A stretch of DNA of 25,653 nucleotides, taken from the NCBI GenBank assembly GCA_965369865.1, contig CBDURU010000040.1, forward strand, positions 1 to 25,653, in the 5' to 3' direction. Source of the DNA: an uncultured bacterium. Its GTDB lineage: Bacteria; JAJVIF01; JAPKYR01. Made by a program: the position numbers and the translations under genes. How positions within the stretch are numbered: the stretch's first letter is position 1; each line of letters starts with the position of its first letter. The notes under the pieces are model-generated. The model saw nothing but the letters and a program-made list of their open reading frames with translations, was not told the origin of the DNA and searched no databases. Shown piece by piece: positions 16,710 to 25,593 of this stretch.

Positions 16710-18887
16710 ATGGTTATTCTCAACATTATACAATGGCTGTTTATTAAATTCTTCGTCATCATAAAAGGATTACTTTTTCTAATCCTGCTTTTCCTTTTAT
16801 GCATTACGGCTTTTGTAAACGGCTTCCTCTCCGAGGTGGTCAAGGACCTCCCGATGATTGAAAATCTCGGTGTCCCCGACCTCGCCATGACGAGCAAAAT
16901 CTACGCGGCGGACGGGACTCTTCTTGGTGATGTTTTCGGCGAGGAGAACCGTGTTTTGATCGGATGGCACCAGATTCCGGAGGACCTTCGCAACGCGATC
17001 GTGGCGGTGGAAGACCAGGATTATTATTCGCATCCCGGGTTCGATATCAAGGGTATGGCAAGGGCTTTAATTCAAAATCTCCAGCAGGGAAGCCTGAAAG
17101 GCCAGGGTGCAAGCACGGTCACCCAGCAGCTTGTCAGGGCTTTGTATTTATCAAACGAACAGACCTTCGAACGTAAAATCGCCGAGATAATCCTGGCGGT
17201 TAAAATAGAGCAGAAATATTCTAAGGATGAGATTCTCACATTCTATCTGAACCAGGTTTATTTCGGTTCCAACGCCTATGGGGTCGAGGCGGCATCGCAG
17301 ACTTATTTCGGGCAACCCGTCTCCGAGTGCGACATCGCGCAATGCGCGATGCTTGCCGGACTTCCGCAGGCGCCGTCGAGGCTCAGCCCTTATGTCAGCA
17401 TGGAGAACGCGATCGAACGTCGCGAGCACGTCCTCACACGTATGCGCGAAGAAGGTTACATTAACCAGGATGAATTCCTGGCAGCGATTGAATCCGAAAT
17501 TATCCTGACCGGACGAAGGGATGTCGGATTTACCGGACTCACCCATCCATATTTCAGCACCTACGTAATTCACGAGGTCCAGGAGAAATTCGGGCTTCGG
17601 AAGCTCTATACGGAAGGCCTCAGAATTTATACCACCCTGAATCCCGATTGGCAGGCGGTCGCCGAACAGACAGTTGTCGATAAGGTTGCTGAATTCGCCG
17701 ATCTGAATGTCACACAGGGTGCGCTGGTGACAATCGAGGTGCAGACCGGTGCGATTCGCGCGATGGTCGGCGGTACAGATTTCGATGACAGCGAATTTAA
17801 CCGCGCATGGCAGGCTTACCGTCAGCCCGGCTCCAGCTTCAAACCTTATGTTTACCTTACCGCGATGGACGACAGCTTCTCCCCGAACAGCCTTGTCCGT
17901 GATGTGGAAACCGATTTCGTCATCGAGGGCTGGGGGATATACACACCGCATAATTACGATTACGGATATCGTGGGATTATTACGCTCCGAAGTGCGCTTA
18001 TGGCAAGCAGGAACATCCCTGCGGTAAAAATTGTCGATATTGTCGGCGGACAGCGCGTAGCCGACATCGCAAGGGCGTGCGGAATCATGTCTACGATCCG
18101 ACCCGCGCTGTCGATGGGGATCGGCACAAGCGAAGTCACCCTTCTCGAACATACATCGGCCTTCTCGACTTTCGCTAACGACGGGGTCCTGAACCGGCCT
18201 TACGTGATTGAGCGAATCACCGATGTTCGCGGCAATGTTTTGTATACTCACCAGCCGGCGCGCGCGCAGGTGGTGCAACCGAACGCCGTACGTCTTCTCG
18301 TCAGTATGTTGCAGGGCGTTGTGACCGGCGGTACAGGAACTCGCGCGAGAGTTACAGGCCATCATATCGCAGGTAAAACCGGTACTACCGATGACTGGCG
18401 CGACGCATGGTTCCTTGGATTCACACCTTCCATCGTAACCGGTGTCTGGATCGGCAACGACGACAATTCCGCCATGTCGAGAGTTACCGGCGGACGGTAT
18501 CCGGCAATTATCTGGCACGATTACATGGAGTATGTTCTCGCCGATATGCCGGATGAGACATTCCCATCGCCATCGTTCCCGAGATATACCCGCGCTATGG
18601 ATCACGAAGACAGCCAGGCGATGCTTGAAAGTCAAAAGGCTCTCCAGGACCTCGCGGAAGAGCTTGGACTCGATCCCAATGAATTCTCACTCGAGCAGTT
18701 ACGTGCAGCACAAGCACGCGGGGACGATATTTTCGGTAACCTCCGTCCGAAGGACCGTGATGAGACCGAGGCTGAACTTCCACCTGAAGGCGAAGAACCA
18801 GAGGACAACACGCCGGATATAGATGACGACGAAGAGGATGAAGAAGAGGATGAAGATGAAGAGGACGAAGATTTTGTATGGTTTTAG
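16710..18887 (+). CDS. ponA: class A penicillin-binding protein (PBP1A family)
   Basis: Transglycosylase motifs EDQDYYSH, GASTVTQQ, RKIAE, KDEILTFYLN. Transpeptidase motifs SSFK, SRN, KTGT. Long acidic C-terminal tail. Confidence 0.93.
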   Translation: MVILNIIQWLFIKFFVIIKGLLFLILLFLLCITAFVNGFLSEVVKDLPMIENLGVPDLAMTSKIYAADGTLLGDVFGEENRVLIGWHQIPEDLRNAIVAVEDQDYYSHPGFDIKGMARALIQNLQQGSLKGQGASTVTQQLVRALYLSNEQTFERKIAEIILAVKIEQKYSKDEILTFYLNQVYFGSNAYGVEAASQTYFGQPVSECDIAQCAMLAGLPQAPSRLSPYVSMENAIERREHVLTRMREEGYINQDEFLAAIESEIILTGRRDVGFTGLTHPYFSTYVIHEVQEKFGLRKLYTEGLRIYTTLNPDWQAVAEQTVVDKVAEFADLNVTQGALVTIEVQTGAIRAMVGGTDFDDSEFNRAWQAYRQPGSSFKPYVYLTAMDDSFSPNSLVRDVETDFVIEGWGIYTPHNYDYGYRGIITLRSALMASRNIPAVKIVDIVGGQRVADIARACGIMSTIRPALSMGIGTSEVTLLEHTSAFSTFANDGVLNRPYVIERITDVRGNVLYTHQPARAQVVQPNAVRLLVSMLQGVVTGGTGTRARVTGHHIAGKTGTTDDWRDAWFLGFTPSIVTGVWIGNDDNSAMSRVTGGRYPAIIWHDYMEYVLADMPDETFPSPSFPRYTRAMDHEDSQAMLESQKALQDLAEELGLDPNEFSLEQLRAAQARGDDIFGNLRPKDRDETEAELPPEGEEPEDNTPDIDDDEEDEEEDEDEEDEDFVWF

Positions 18888-18899
18888 CCTTTAAACAAC

Positions 18900-18997
18900 T
18901 GGTTTGAAATAAGGATTTCCCATACGTGCCGTTAGCTTCCAGCTATCGGACAGCAGGTGCCGATCGCATCCTGCGATTGGATTTTTGGAGTGAAAAT
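18900..18997 (+). repeat. 98-bp dispersed double-hairpin element, copy 2
   Basis: Matches 1992-2089. Second hairpin here is CCGATCGCA-TCC-TGCGATTGG. Confidence 0.85.
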
Positions 18998-19040
18998 AAA
19001 TACTAAGACCAATCCTGATAATTAAAATTTATTCAAGATC

Positions 19041-19078
19041 GGGGACATCTCTTTTCGCTCATCGAAAAGCAGGTGTCC
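19041..19078. repeat. GGGGACA...TGTCC palindrome
   Basis: GGACATCTCTTTTCG-CTCAT-CGAAAAGCAGGTGTCC. Ends resemble the palindromes at 21435-21713. Confidence 0.55.
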
Positions 19079-19146
19079 ACATAATTCTTAACATGTCCAA
19101 TCAATCAGGGCATCCCGAAATATGCGCCTTTGGCATTTTTTATTAT

Positions 19147-19501
19147 TGTTGAGTAATACGTTCTTAACAGCCTATTATTAAAATTAGACTAAAGTATATA
19201 AACTAATACTAATAGTAATGGCTGTTGAAATGTGGAAAACCAGGTAAATACGGTTAAATAAAGGATTACAGAGTGATTTATCATGTGCAGACTAATGCGG
19301 AAAATACCTTGGTTACCTTTGAAAACCCGATGATATGAGTTATTCACTGGTATTTCTACATGATTTGTGAATACCCGATGTGGAAATTTGATCAAATTCA
19401 GAATAGCTGAAAATAATAATAAGGTCTTTAAGGTTCATTCCGATTGTGGTATTTTAATAGTTGATAATAAGTCACTAATGATATGTGGAGATTGTGGATA
19501 A
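19147..19501. other. candidate replication origin (oriC-like): DnaA boxes, DnaA-trios, AT-rich unwinding region
   Basis: Minus strand 19239-19201 reads TTTTCCACA-TTTCAACA-GCC-A-TTA CTA TTA GTA TTA GTT. Perfect TTATCCACA box at 19493-19501 (minus). Near-boxes at 19340-19348, 19366-19374, 19379-19387, 19484-19492. Confidence 0.65.
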
Positions 19502-19502
19502 A

Positions 19503-19739
19503 ATGTTTAATATGGATTTCGCTGCAGGAATGAAGTTTGCATTGACCGCACTGGCGATTTTTGCGGTAATCGGGGGAATCACGGCCCAGACCACCCAGGG
19601 TGCTAGCGGTCGCGGATTCATGGAAGGAATGTGGAAAGGTGTTGAGATCTTCTTTCTTGCCGCTCTTGGAGTAGGGATACTATACGCGATTCTCTGGGGT
19701 ATGGGAATTATTAACACTCAGCTTAATACGGCGATGTGA
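19503..19739 (+). CDS. small two-TM membrane protein
   Basis: Two hydrophobic Gly-rich helices. Stop overlaps the xerD start (TGATG). Start could be 19485, 19503 or 19512. Confidence 0.65.
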   Translation: MFNMDFAAGMKFALTALAIFAVIGGITAQTTQGASGRGFMEGMWKGVEIFFLAALGVGILYAILWGMGIINTQLNTAM

Positions 19740-20680
19740 TGGGTAGTAAATCCAGCTCAAAATTGGATTCGGCAATCTCCGATGGACGCCTGGTAAACGA
19801 CTTCCTGCAGGATTGTGAGTACCGGAAGAGATCGAGCCGGAATACTGTGGATGCATATCAGGCGGACCTGAAGAAATTTACAGAATTTATCGCGGTCGAC
19901 AGGGATAAATCGATTTTAAAATGCCAGAGGGTGGACATCCTGGCTTTCATGGTTAAAATCGAGCTTGATGGGGAAAAAGCCGGAACAAGATCCAGACGGT
20001 TATCATGCCTGAGACGGTTTTTCGGCTACCTCAAAGAAAAGGGAAGGCTCGATGAACTTCCGACCGCCGGGCTTAAAAGTTTGAAAATTCCGAAGTTACT
20101 GCCCAGGGTGTTAACAAGGGATGAAATGTGGAAACTCCTTGATGAGGGCCAGAGGGGCGATAAATTTAAACACCGGACCGGGATGATGCTCGAAGTGATG
20201 TACGCGACTGGCATGAGGGTCTCCGAAACAGTTAACCTCAGGCTCGAGCACGTTCTCCTCGATGAAGGGGTTATTCTTATAGAGAAAGGCAAGGGTTCAA
20301 AGGGAAGGATGGTTATAATTCCGGATAAAACCGTAGGTAACTTGAGGGAATACCTGGATGAAATCCGTCCGTTGATCCTGGAGTCTGTATATTCGCCATG
20401 GGTTTTTACATCGAAAAAAGGTAATCCGTTAAACAGGGAATATGTCTGGACGCTTTTAAGGAAACTGGGCGAGGACGCCGGAATTGAAACGCCTTTAAAA
20501 CCTCACCTGCTAAGGCACACATGTGCGACACATTTACTCGAAAACGGCTGCGATCTGTTAACTGTGCAGAATCTTCTGGGCCATGCGAACATTTCAACCA
20601 CCGAGATTTATACCCATATACTTGAAGAGCGAAAAAGAAAGGTCTTTAATGTCGCTCATCCACGTGCCAGGCTGGAGTAG
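19739..20680 (+). CDS. xerD: XerD/XerC-type site-specific tyrosine recombinase
   Basis: SRNTVDAYQADL, YATGMRVSE, GKGSKGR, PHLLRHTCATHLL, LLGHANISTTEIYTH, terminal HPRA. Confidence 0.85.
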   Translation: MGSKSSSKLDSAISDGRLVNDFLQDCEYRKRSSRNTVDAYQADLKKFTEFIAVDRDKSILKCQRVDILAFMVKIELDGEKAGTRSRRLSCLRRFFGYLKEKGRLDELPTAGLKSLKIPKLLPRVLTRDEMWKLLDEGQRGDKFKHRTGMMLEVMYATGMRVSETVNLRLEHVLLDEGVILIEKGKGSKGRMVIIPDKTVGNLREYLDEIRPLILESVYSPWVFTSKKGNPLNREYVWTLLRKLGEDAGIETPLKPHLLRHTCATHLLENGCDLLTVQNLLGHANISTTEIYTHILEERKRKVFNVAHPRARLE

Positions 20681-20683
20681 AAT

Positions 20684-21244
20684 ATGGACGCGGTATGGCA
20701 GCAAATCCTTGATAGCCTTAGAAGAAAATTCTGTATCAATTGCAAATTGATTCACCGGCCTGGTGATACGCCCGGCTATTCCGTGGATTCCAGCGACCCA
20801 GATGTTATAACCATCACTGTTACAGGGGAAATTGACGAGAGAATGTACGTGGAGCTTCCAAAAATACTTTCTGATATCGGTGTGAAAGTGATTGAGCTTC
20901 AAACCGAAGGTGAATGGCTTGGCGATGGAGAACCTCCACGAAAAATGGTAATCACCGACCACGTAGCGTGCCACAGTGTAAACCCATTGACAGGATCGGA
21001 TGCCGCCAGAAAAGGAAGTGCTTTTATTGATCTGCATGGTGCGTACAAGCTTCTGGATGTTGATGGGGGCCTGCCTGAGGGGATCCTGTGGCACTCAATT
21101 AATGATGGGCCGCTTCCGGATGATGAAAGGGTAGAAGCAATCAGGGCTGGATGCATTGTGTCCGGCAATAAGGTGGTGCCGTGGGTGACAGGTGCAAAAG
21201 CGTCCGGGCTTGACATACGGGTAGTGCTGGATGTTCACTTATAG
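20684..21244 (+). CDS. divergent, probably inactive purine nucleoside phosphorylase-like protein
   Basis: LSDIGVKVI...MVITDHV...NPLTG...FIDLHGAY...EGI...GP...VVPWVTGAKASGL aligns by eye with trimeric PNP (LGV..LI/DHINL..NPL.G/F.DM..AY/EGVY..GP/STVPEVIVARH.G). Only 186 aa. Confidence 0.6.
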   Translation: MDAVWQQILDSLRRKFCINCKLIHRPGDTPGYSVDSSDPDVITITVTGEIDERMYVELPKILSDIGVKVIELQTEGEWLGDGEPPRKMVITDHVACHSVNPLTGSDAARKGSAFIDLHGAYKLLDVDGGLPEGILWHSINDGPLPDDERVEAIRAGCIVSGNKVVPWVTGAKASGLDIRVVLDVHL

Positions 21245-21281
21245 AAAAAATTTAATCATTTTTAGCCATCGAAAAAACAAC

Positions 21282-21417
21282 AAACCGTAGAACAGCACGG
21301 CAGTGCGTCTTTCACCTTAAAACAACCTTTTCGACGCACTGCCGTTCGACGCACTGCCGTGCTGTTCTACGGTTTTTTCATCTCTTACTTTAATCATAAT
21401 AATCCGGAAACCTGTAA
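21282..21417. repeat. REP-like cluster (copy B) with an inverted pair, REPIN/BIME-like
   Basis: AAACCGTAGAACAGCACGGCAGTGCGTC (21282-21309) is inverted relative to 21345-21378. Short unit at 21330-21344. Tail to 21417 is shared with copy A. Confidence 0.8.
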
Positions 21418-21434
21418 TACCAATCTTAGATTCA

Positions 21435-21538
21435 GGGACGCCTTTCCATGCTTCCAGCGTTGAAGGTGTCCCGTGTAACTAAGAATTCATGGGGACACTT
21501 TCAACGCTGGAAGCATGGAAAAGCGTCCCCATGAATTC
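21435..21538. repeat. pair of ~38-bp inverted palindromic units
   Basis: 21435-21472 is the near-exact reverse complement of 21492-21529. The second unit is further closed by GAATTCATG/CATGAATTC. Confidence 0.8.
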
Positions 21539-21601
21539 AAAGCGTATAAATCAATCAGCGGTGGCCAAAAATGATTAATGCCTGGTATGCATCGTTATGT
21601 T

Positions 21602-21630
21602 AAAAAAAAACCGCGGATAAATCCCGCGGC
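21602..21630 (-). terminator. intrinsic terminator of the minus-strand gene at 21727-23835
   Basis: Minus strand CCGCGG-GATTTAT-CCGCGG followed by T9. Confidence 0.7.
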
Positions 21631-21639
21631 TTCTAACAT

Positions 21640-21713
21640 GGGGACATGCCATTTTTCTCCAGTGATAAACCTGACTTTACCATTGCTTATCAAGGGAAAA
21701 ATGCCGTGTCCCC
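21640..21713. repeat. long GGGGACA...TGTCCCC palindrome
   Basis: GGGGACATGCCATTTTTCTCC..TGATAA / TTATCA..GGGAAAAATGCCGTGTCCCC arms. Confidence 0.7.
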
Positions 21714-21726
21714 GAAGCAATGATTT

Positions 21727-23835
21727 TTATTCCAACTCGTCTATTGCTTTCATTATGTATGAAAGTACGGGAACCATGTTCTCAAACAGGTCGATTGATA
21801 AATAGCTGTACGATTCGAGATATTCGTCTGTACCAACCACCTCGATATACAACCGCTCATCGTCATCCGATAGCTGTGCCAGGATTTCGAGTATGCTGCC
21901 CGCTGCCGCCGCACCGTCAGGAAGTACGTACATGACATCCGCAATGCCCCTTAACAGCGCCTGGCGATTGACCCGCATACGCATATTGGCGGGATCCAGC
22001 CCGTCCTGTGAAAGCATCTCACCGTTTTCAAGGGCTTCACGAATCGTAAGAACATCATCCTGGAAAAGACCCTTTATCACCCATCCATCGCCGATCGCGA
22101 TTGTCGGGGATACAGGGCATTTCTCATTGTCCATAATCCAGGTGAAAACAGTATCGTCATCGGTTTCTTCCAGGTAAAACGGGGCTTCCATTCCCATAAA
22201 CATAGTTAAGGTATCCGCGAGTCCAACTATGGTATATCCGATGTCCGGGTTGTCTGTCTGGATTGCGGCTGTGATTCCCGGTACGTACATTCCATTTGCG
22301 CGTTCTTCAGAGCCTGTAATAAATACGTATGCTTCCTCACCGAATTCCATGTTCTGAATATCACCAAGGCCAACCATGCCTAGCATTACCTGTGGATCCA
22401 TACCAGATTCCTCTGCGATTAAAGGAAGGATCATTTCAAAGATAAAATCAATATATGCATGAGCGAATTCATCGGGATTGGCCCATGCGATTTCACCGAT
22501 TATATCCAGCGGTCCATCCTCGGCTGTCATAAGTTCTTTCGGTTCCGCATTTACAAGTGAACCGATAAGGCTTCTGTCCGCTTCACCGGTGAGTTCAACA
22601 TGCCGCACCATTTCCAGGTCATGATTCCTCAGCCAGAGAGCATCATGCTGCAAATCAATGGCTTCTATCCCGATATTCTCGAAAATCCGGTCGAGCATGG
22701 GGGCAACTTCCGGGGGTAATTCCCCGCCTGTTAAACACGTTTCCCCATATTCATCAAACATAGCCACCGGGTCTGTCTGGCAACGCATTATTGCGCCGTC
22801 TGTATCAAAACCGGATGGTGTATCGAAAGCAAAACCGGACCTGGCCTCGAATCTTTCAACACCATCATAGAGGGAGTCGAGGGAAGCGCTGATCAGAAGA
22901 TACCGGCCACCGGATGCGATTGAGTAATCTTTATCATCGCGTGACAGGTAAAGCCATTCGCCTTCGGTTTCCACGTTAAATCCACAATCGGCGTAATCGT
23001 ACTCATCCCCGAAACTCAACAGGCGATCATCGAGATCGGGATACGGTTTGAAATTATTAGCCCAGCCGGGACTTATATTTTCACCGCCGATGCTGAACTC
23101 AATTATTCTGTACATCTCGAAGGTGCCATTATCGTCTTCCTTTTCGTTCTTTTCATCAGGTGTGTAAGAGGATGTAAGACTTGCATAGCTTCCGGTTTCA
23201 AAAACCATGTCCCCGAGAGATTCTTCGCTGCCCGGTTCAAGAAACATGACAGGCTCTCCCGTGTATGGATTGATCGGGATTTCTTCAATGTAGCCGAACT
23301 CCACGAGATCATAAATGTCCGCGGGGTAACCGAAATGAAGATATTCCTCTGACTCTTCATCCATTTCATACTTGTAATCTTCGAGCGCAAACATGAGTGT
23401 CATTAAATTGTCATAGGTCTGCCGTTCAAGGATATATGTCACCAGGTAATTCGTTAAAATTTTTCCATCGACGTCATCGCTACCGGAGAAGACCATGAAT
23501 GGAATTTCAGCATCCGGCACCATAGTTAGTGCCTGGACTCCCGACAGCCGCCTGAAGAACGTTAGAAAATCGGGTTTGAGTTCATCCCTGGAAAAAATGT
23601 TTGACACTGTGGCCAGGCCTTCCATGAGATGTGCGCTATCGGCATCGCGCCATCCACGCTCCAATCGGTTTACATAACGCATAAACTCATCGACATCCAG
23701 AGCCATAACCATTGGGGCATCAGGGGACAGGAACTGAAGAGACTCCGAGTCCTCATCCAGCGCCAGGGCCGTGCCCGGGATCATCAGGAAAATAGCTGTG
23801 CTTACAACAACCAGGATAAAGAAATTTCGTATCAT
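21727..23835 (-). CDS. large acidic exported hypothetical protein with an internal pseudopilin-like segment
   Basis: AGGAG RBS before ATG 23835, signal peptide ending ALA, internal NLMTLMFALEDY...YPADIYDLVEFGYIEEIPINPYTG. Confidence 0.75.
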   Translation of the reverse strand: MIRNFFILVVVSTAIFLMIPGTALALDEDSESLQFLSPDAPMVMALDVDEFMRYVNRLERGWRDADSAHLMEGLATVSNIFSRDELKPDFLTFFRRLSGVQALTMVPDAEIPFMVFSGSDDVDGKILTNYLVTYILERQTYDNLMTLMFALEDYKYEMDEESEEYLHFGYPADIYDLVEFGYIEEIPINPYTGEPVMFLEPGSEESLGDMVFETGSYASLTSSYTPDEKNEKEDDNGTFEMYRIIEFSIGGENISPGWANNFKPYPDLDDRLLSFGDEYDYADCGFNVETEGEWLYLSRDDKDYSIASGGRYLLISASLDSLYDGVERFEARSGFAFDTPSGFDTDGAIMRCQTDPVAMFDEYGETCLTGGELPPEVAPMLDRIFENIGIEAIDLQHDALWLRNHDLEMVRHVELTGEADRSLIGSLVNAEPKELMTAEDGPLDIIGEIAWANPDEFAHAYIDFIFEMILPLIAEESGMDPQVMLGMVGLGDIQNMEFGEEAYVFITGSEERANGMYVPGITAAIQTDNPDIGYTIVGLADTLTMFMGMEAPFYLEETDDDTVFTWIMDNEKCPVSPTIAIGDGWVIKGLFQDDVLTIREALENGEMLSQDGLDPANMRMRVNRQALLRGIADVMYVLPDGAAAAGSILEILAQLSDDDERLYIEVVGTDEYLESYSYLSIDLFENMVPVLSYIMKAIDELE

Positions 23836-24204
23836 TTGATTACTCCTTCTTGAATGGACCGTTTCAAAGGTCGCCCCGGTCACTTCGTGTCGCCGGGACT
23901 GGTAAATATATTGTTAAGGTAGTTATGTGTCAATTAAATAAATCAAAAAATCAACATTCTTTACATATGCCATGTGCTCTTGACGTCTGTAGCAGTCATT
24001 AGTTGCGCTTAAATACTACTCTTTGGATTTTTTTAGAAGGCCGGGGAACATCGGGTACAGGCACACAAATTTGCCTTGGACCATGGCTAAGACCATTTCT
24101 ACATGAACAGGATTAATGTCGGGTGGTTTATTAAGCATCCGGATTCCACATATGGTACAATGCCGCACTTGGTTGACCGACTATCATGTCGGCATGGTAT
24201 ATCT

Positions 24205-25593
24205 ATGCGTCGTTTTCTTGTTATAATAATCGCAATTTTTCTTATTCTTCCGCTTACGACCGGTTGCCTGAGGCAGCAGACTGGTCCGAGTTTCGAAACC
24301 CAGGAGGCTAACTGGTATTTCGGACGGAAAGGCGTAAGCGGTTACATCGGGAGGGGCGCTCCGACCGCTGAATATATTTACATCGCCGGGCTTGACGGCA
24401 AACTGGTCAGGATTACACGCCTTAAGGGGGAGCATGACAAAGAATGGGTGGTCCAGCTTGGCGCCGGGAGCCGCGGAACGCCGCTTGTCTGGGATGGATT
24501 CGTTTATGTTGCAGATTATTCCGGGAGAGTTACCGTCGTTGATCCAGCCATACCCCGGGCTGCCACAATTCTGCTGGAGCTGGATACTCACATTGAAGCC
24601 GGCCTTGTCAACACTTCGGATAACCTGGTTGTTGCCGGTTGGGATGGAATCGTGCGCGCGATTGATCCCATTGTTGGCTTGAGCGACTGGGAATTTGACT
24701 GCGGGTCGATGGTTAGATGTACTCCGATCGTTACAGGTGACCTGATCCTGATCGGGGACACCAGCGGGACCCTTCATGCGCTGGATTCAGGCACCGGCGA
24801 GGAACGCTGGAGTGGTACATTGAGTGGCGAAATTTTCGGTACACCGGCACTGGATATTGAGCCGGTAATGAAAATTGAGGGTGAAACCGATCCTGCCTCG
24901 GCGCTCCGTCCGGATCCCGGAGTATACCCATATGACGTTTTGGAGCGGGTTATTATAGGCGGTGATCCGGTTAACGGGTTGTATCAGATCCTTCCTTCGT
25001 GGGTTGATGATGAAGAAGTGGAAACGGTTGAAATCGCCACGACTGCGTTTGTTGCGAGTGCCGGCGGGGAGATCGCCGCGTTTTCACTCAGGGATGGGAC
25101 CCAGCTCTGGCATGAACAACCGGACCCGGCAGAGATATTCTGGGGCGGTCCTGCTTACATAGACGGGAAACTTTTCATAGGAGACATGGGTGGCAGGATT
25201 TTTGAAATCAATTCTGAAACCGGGGAAACTGAACGGACAATTGAGATCCATCACCCACATCCCGATCATTACGGCCCGTTGCCGCTGAGCAGGAGCCAGA
25301 ATGGATTCCAGGAAGGTAATGGGGATTTGGAAGAATCTGTCGAGAACGGTACGCTTGAAGAGATTTTTGCCCCGCTGGTTGTGGATGATGAACGGATCTA
25401 CGCCTGCACACTAAGGTACCGGGTACTGGCTATCGACCGTGAGACCGGTGAGGAAGTCTGGTCGTTCGATACGCAAGGGCAGAATCATGGTACCCCGATG
25501 CTGCTCGATGATCGTCTGATGTTCGGTTCAGATGATTTCTATTTCTACGGGCTGGACAAATTTAACGGCCTTCCCATCAATGGCGTAAAGTGA
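24205..25593 (+). CDS. PQQ-like beta-propeller repeat lipoprotein (BamB-like fold)
   Basis: MRRFLVIII...TTGC lipobox, repeated ALD..TGEERW / [13 protein letters not shown] and TP.V blade motifs. Confidence 0.82.
   Translation: MRRFLVIIIAIFLILPLTTGCLRQQTGPSFETQEANWYFGRKGVSGYIGRGAPTAEYIYIAGLDGKLVRITRLKGEHDKEWVVQLGAGSRGTPLVWDGFVYVADYSGRVTVVDPAIPRAATILLELDTHIEAGLVNTSDNLVVAGWDGIVRAIDPIVGLSDWEFDCGSMVRCTPIVTGDLILIGDTSGTLHALDSGTGEERWSGTLSGEIFGTPALDIEPVMKIEGETDPASALRPDPGVYPYDVLERVIIGGDPVNGLYQILPSWVDDEEVETVEIATTAFVASAGGEIAAFSLRDGTQLWHEQPDPAEIFWGGPAYIDGKLFIGDMGGRIFEINSETGETERTIEIHHPHPDHYGPLPLSRSQNGFQEGNGDLEESVENGTLEEIFAPLVVDDERIYACTLRYRVLAIDRETGEEVWSFDTQGQNHGTPMLLDDRLMFGSDDFYFYGLDKFNGLPINGVK

Noticed and set aside
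20684..20830. DnaA domain I resemblance (MDAVWQQILDSL...DVITITV) close to the oriC-like region
   Set aside because: It lacks the conserved F..W and PN.F...W features, and the downstream sequence is better explained by a PNP fold. An HHpred run would settle it.
39..21417. 21-kb segment bounded by ~89-bp direct repeats with a tyrosine recombinase near the right end (integrative element?)
   Set aside because: The repeats are REP-like and multi-copy within each locus, the recombinase looks like housekeeping XerD, and the cargo includes ponA, degP and an oriC-like site.
21578..21606. dif site (TTATGTTAAA XerD arm) near xerD
   Set aside because: There is no XerC arm ending in ATAA at 6-bp spacing, and the match runs into the terminator A-tract.
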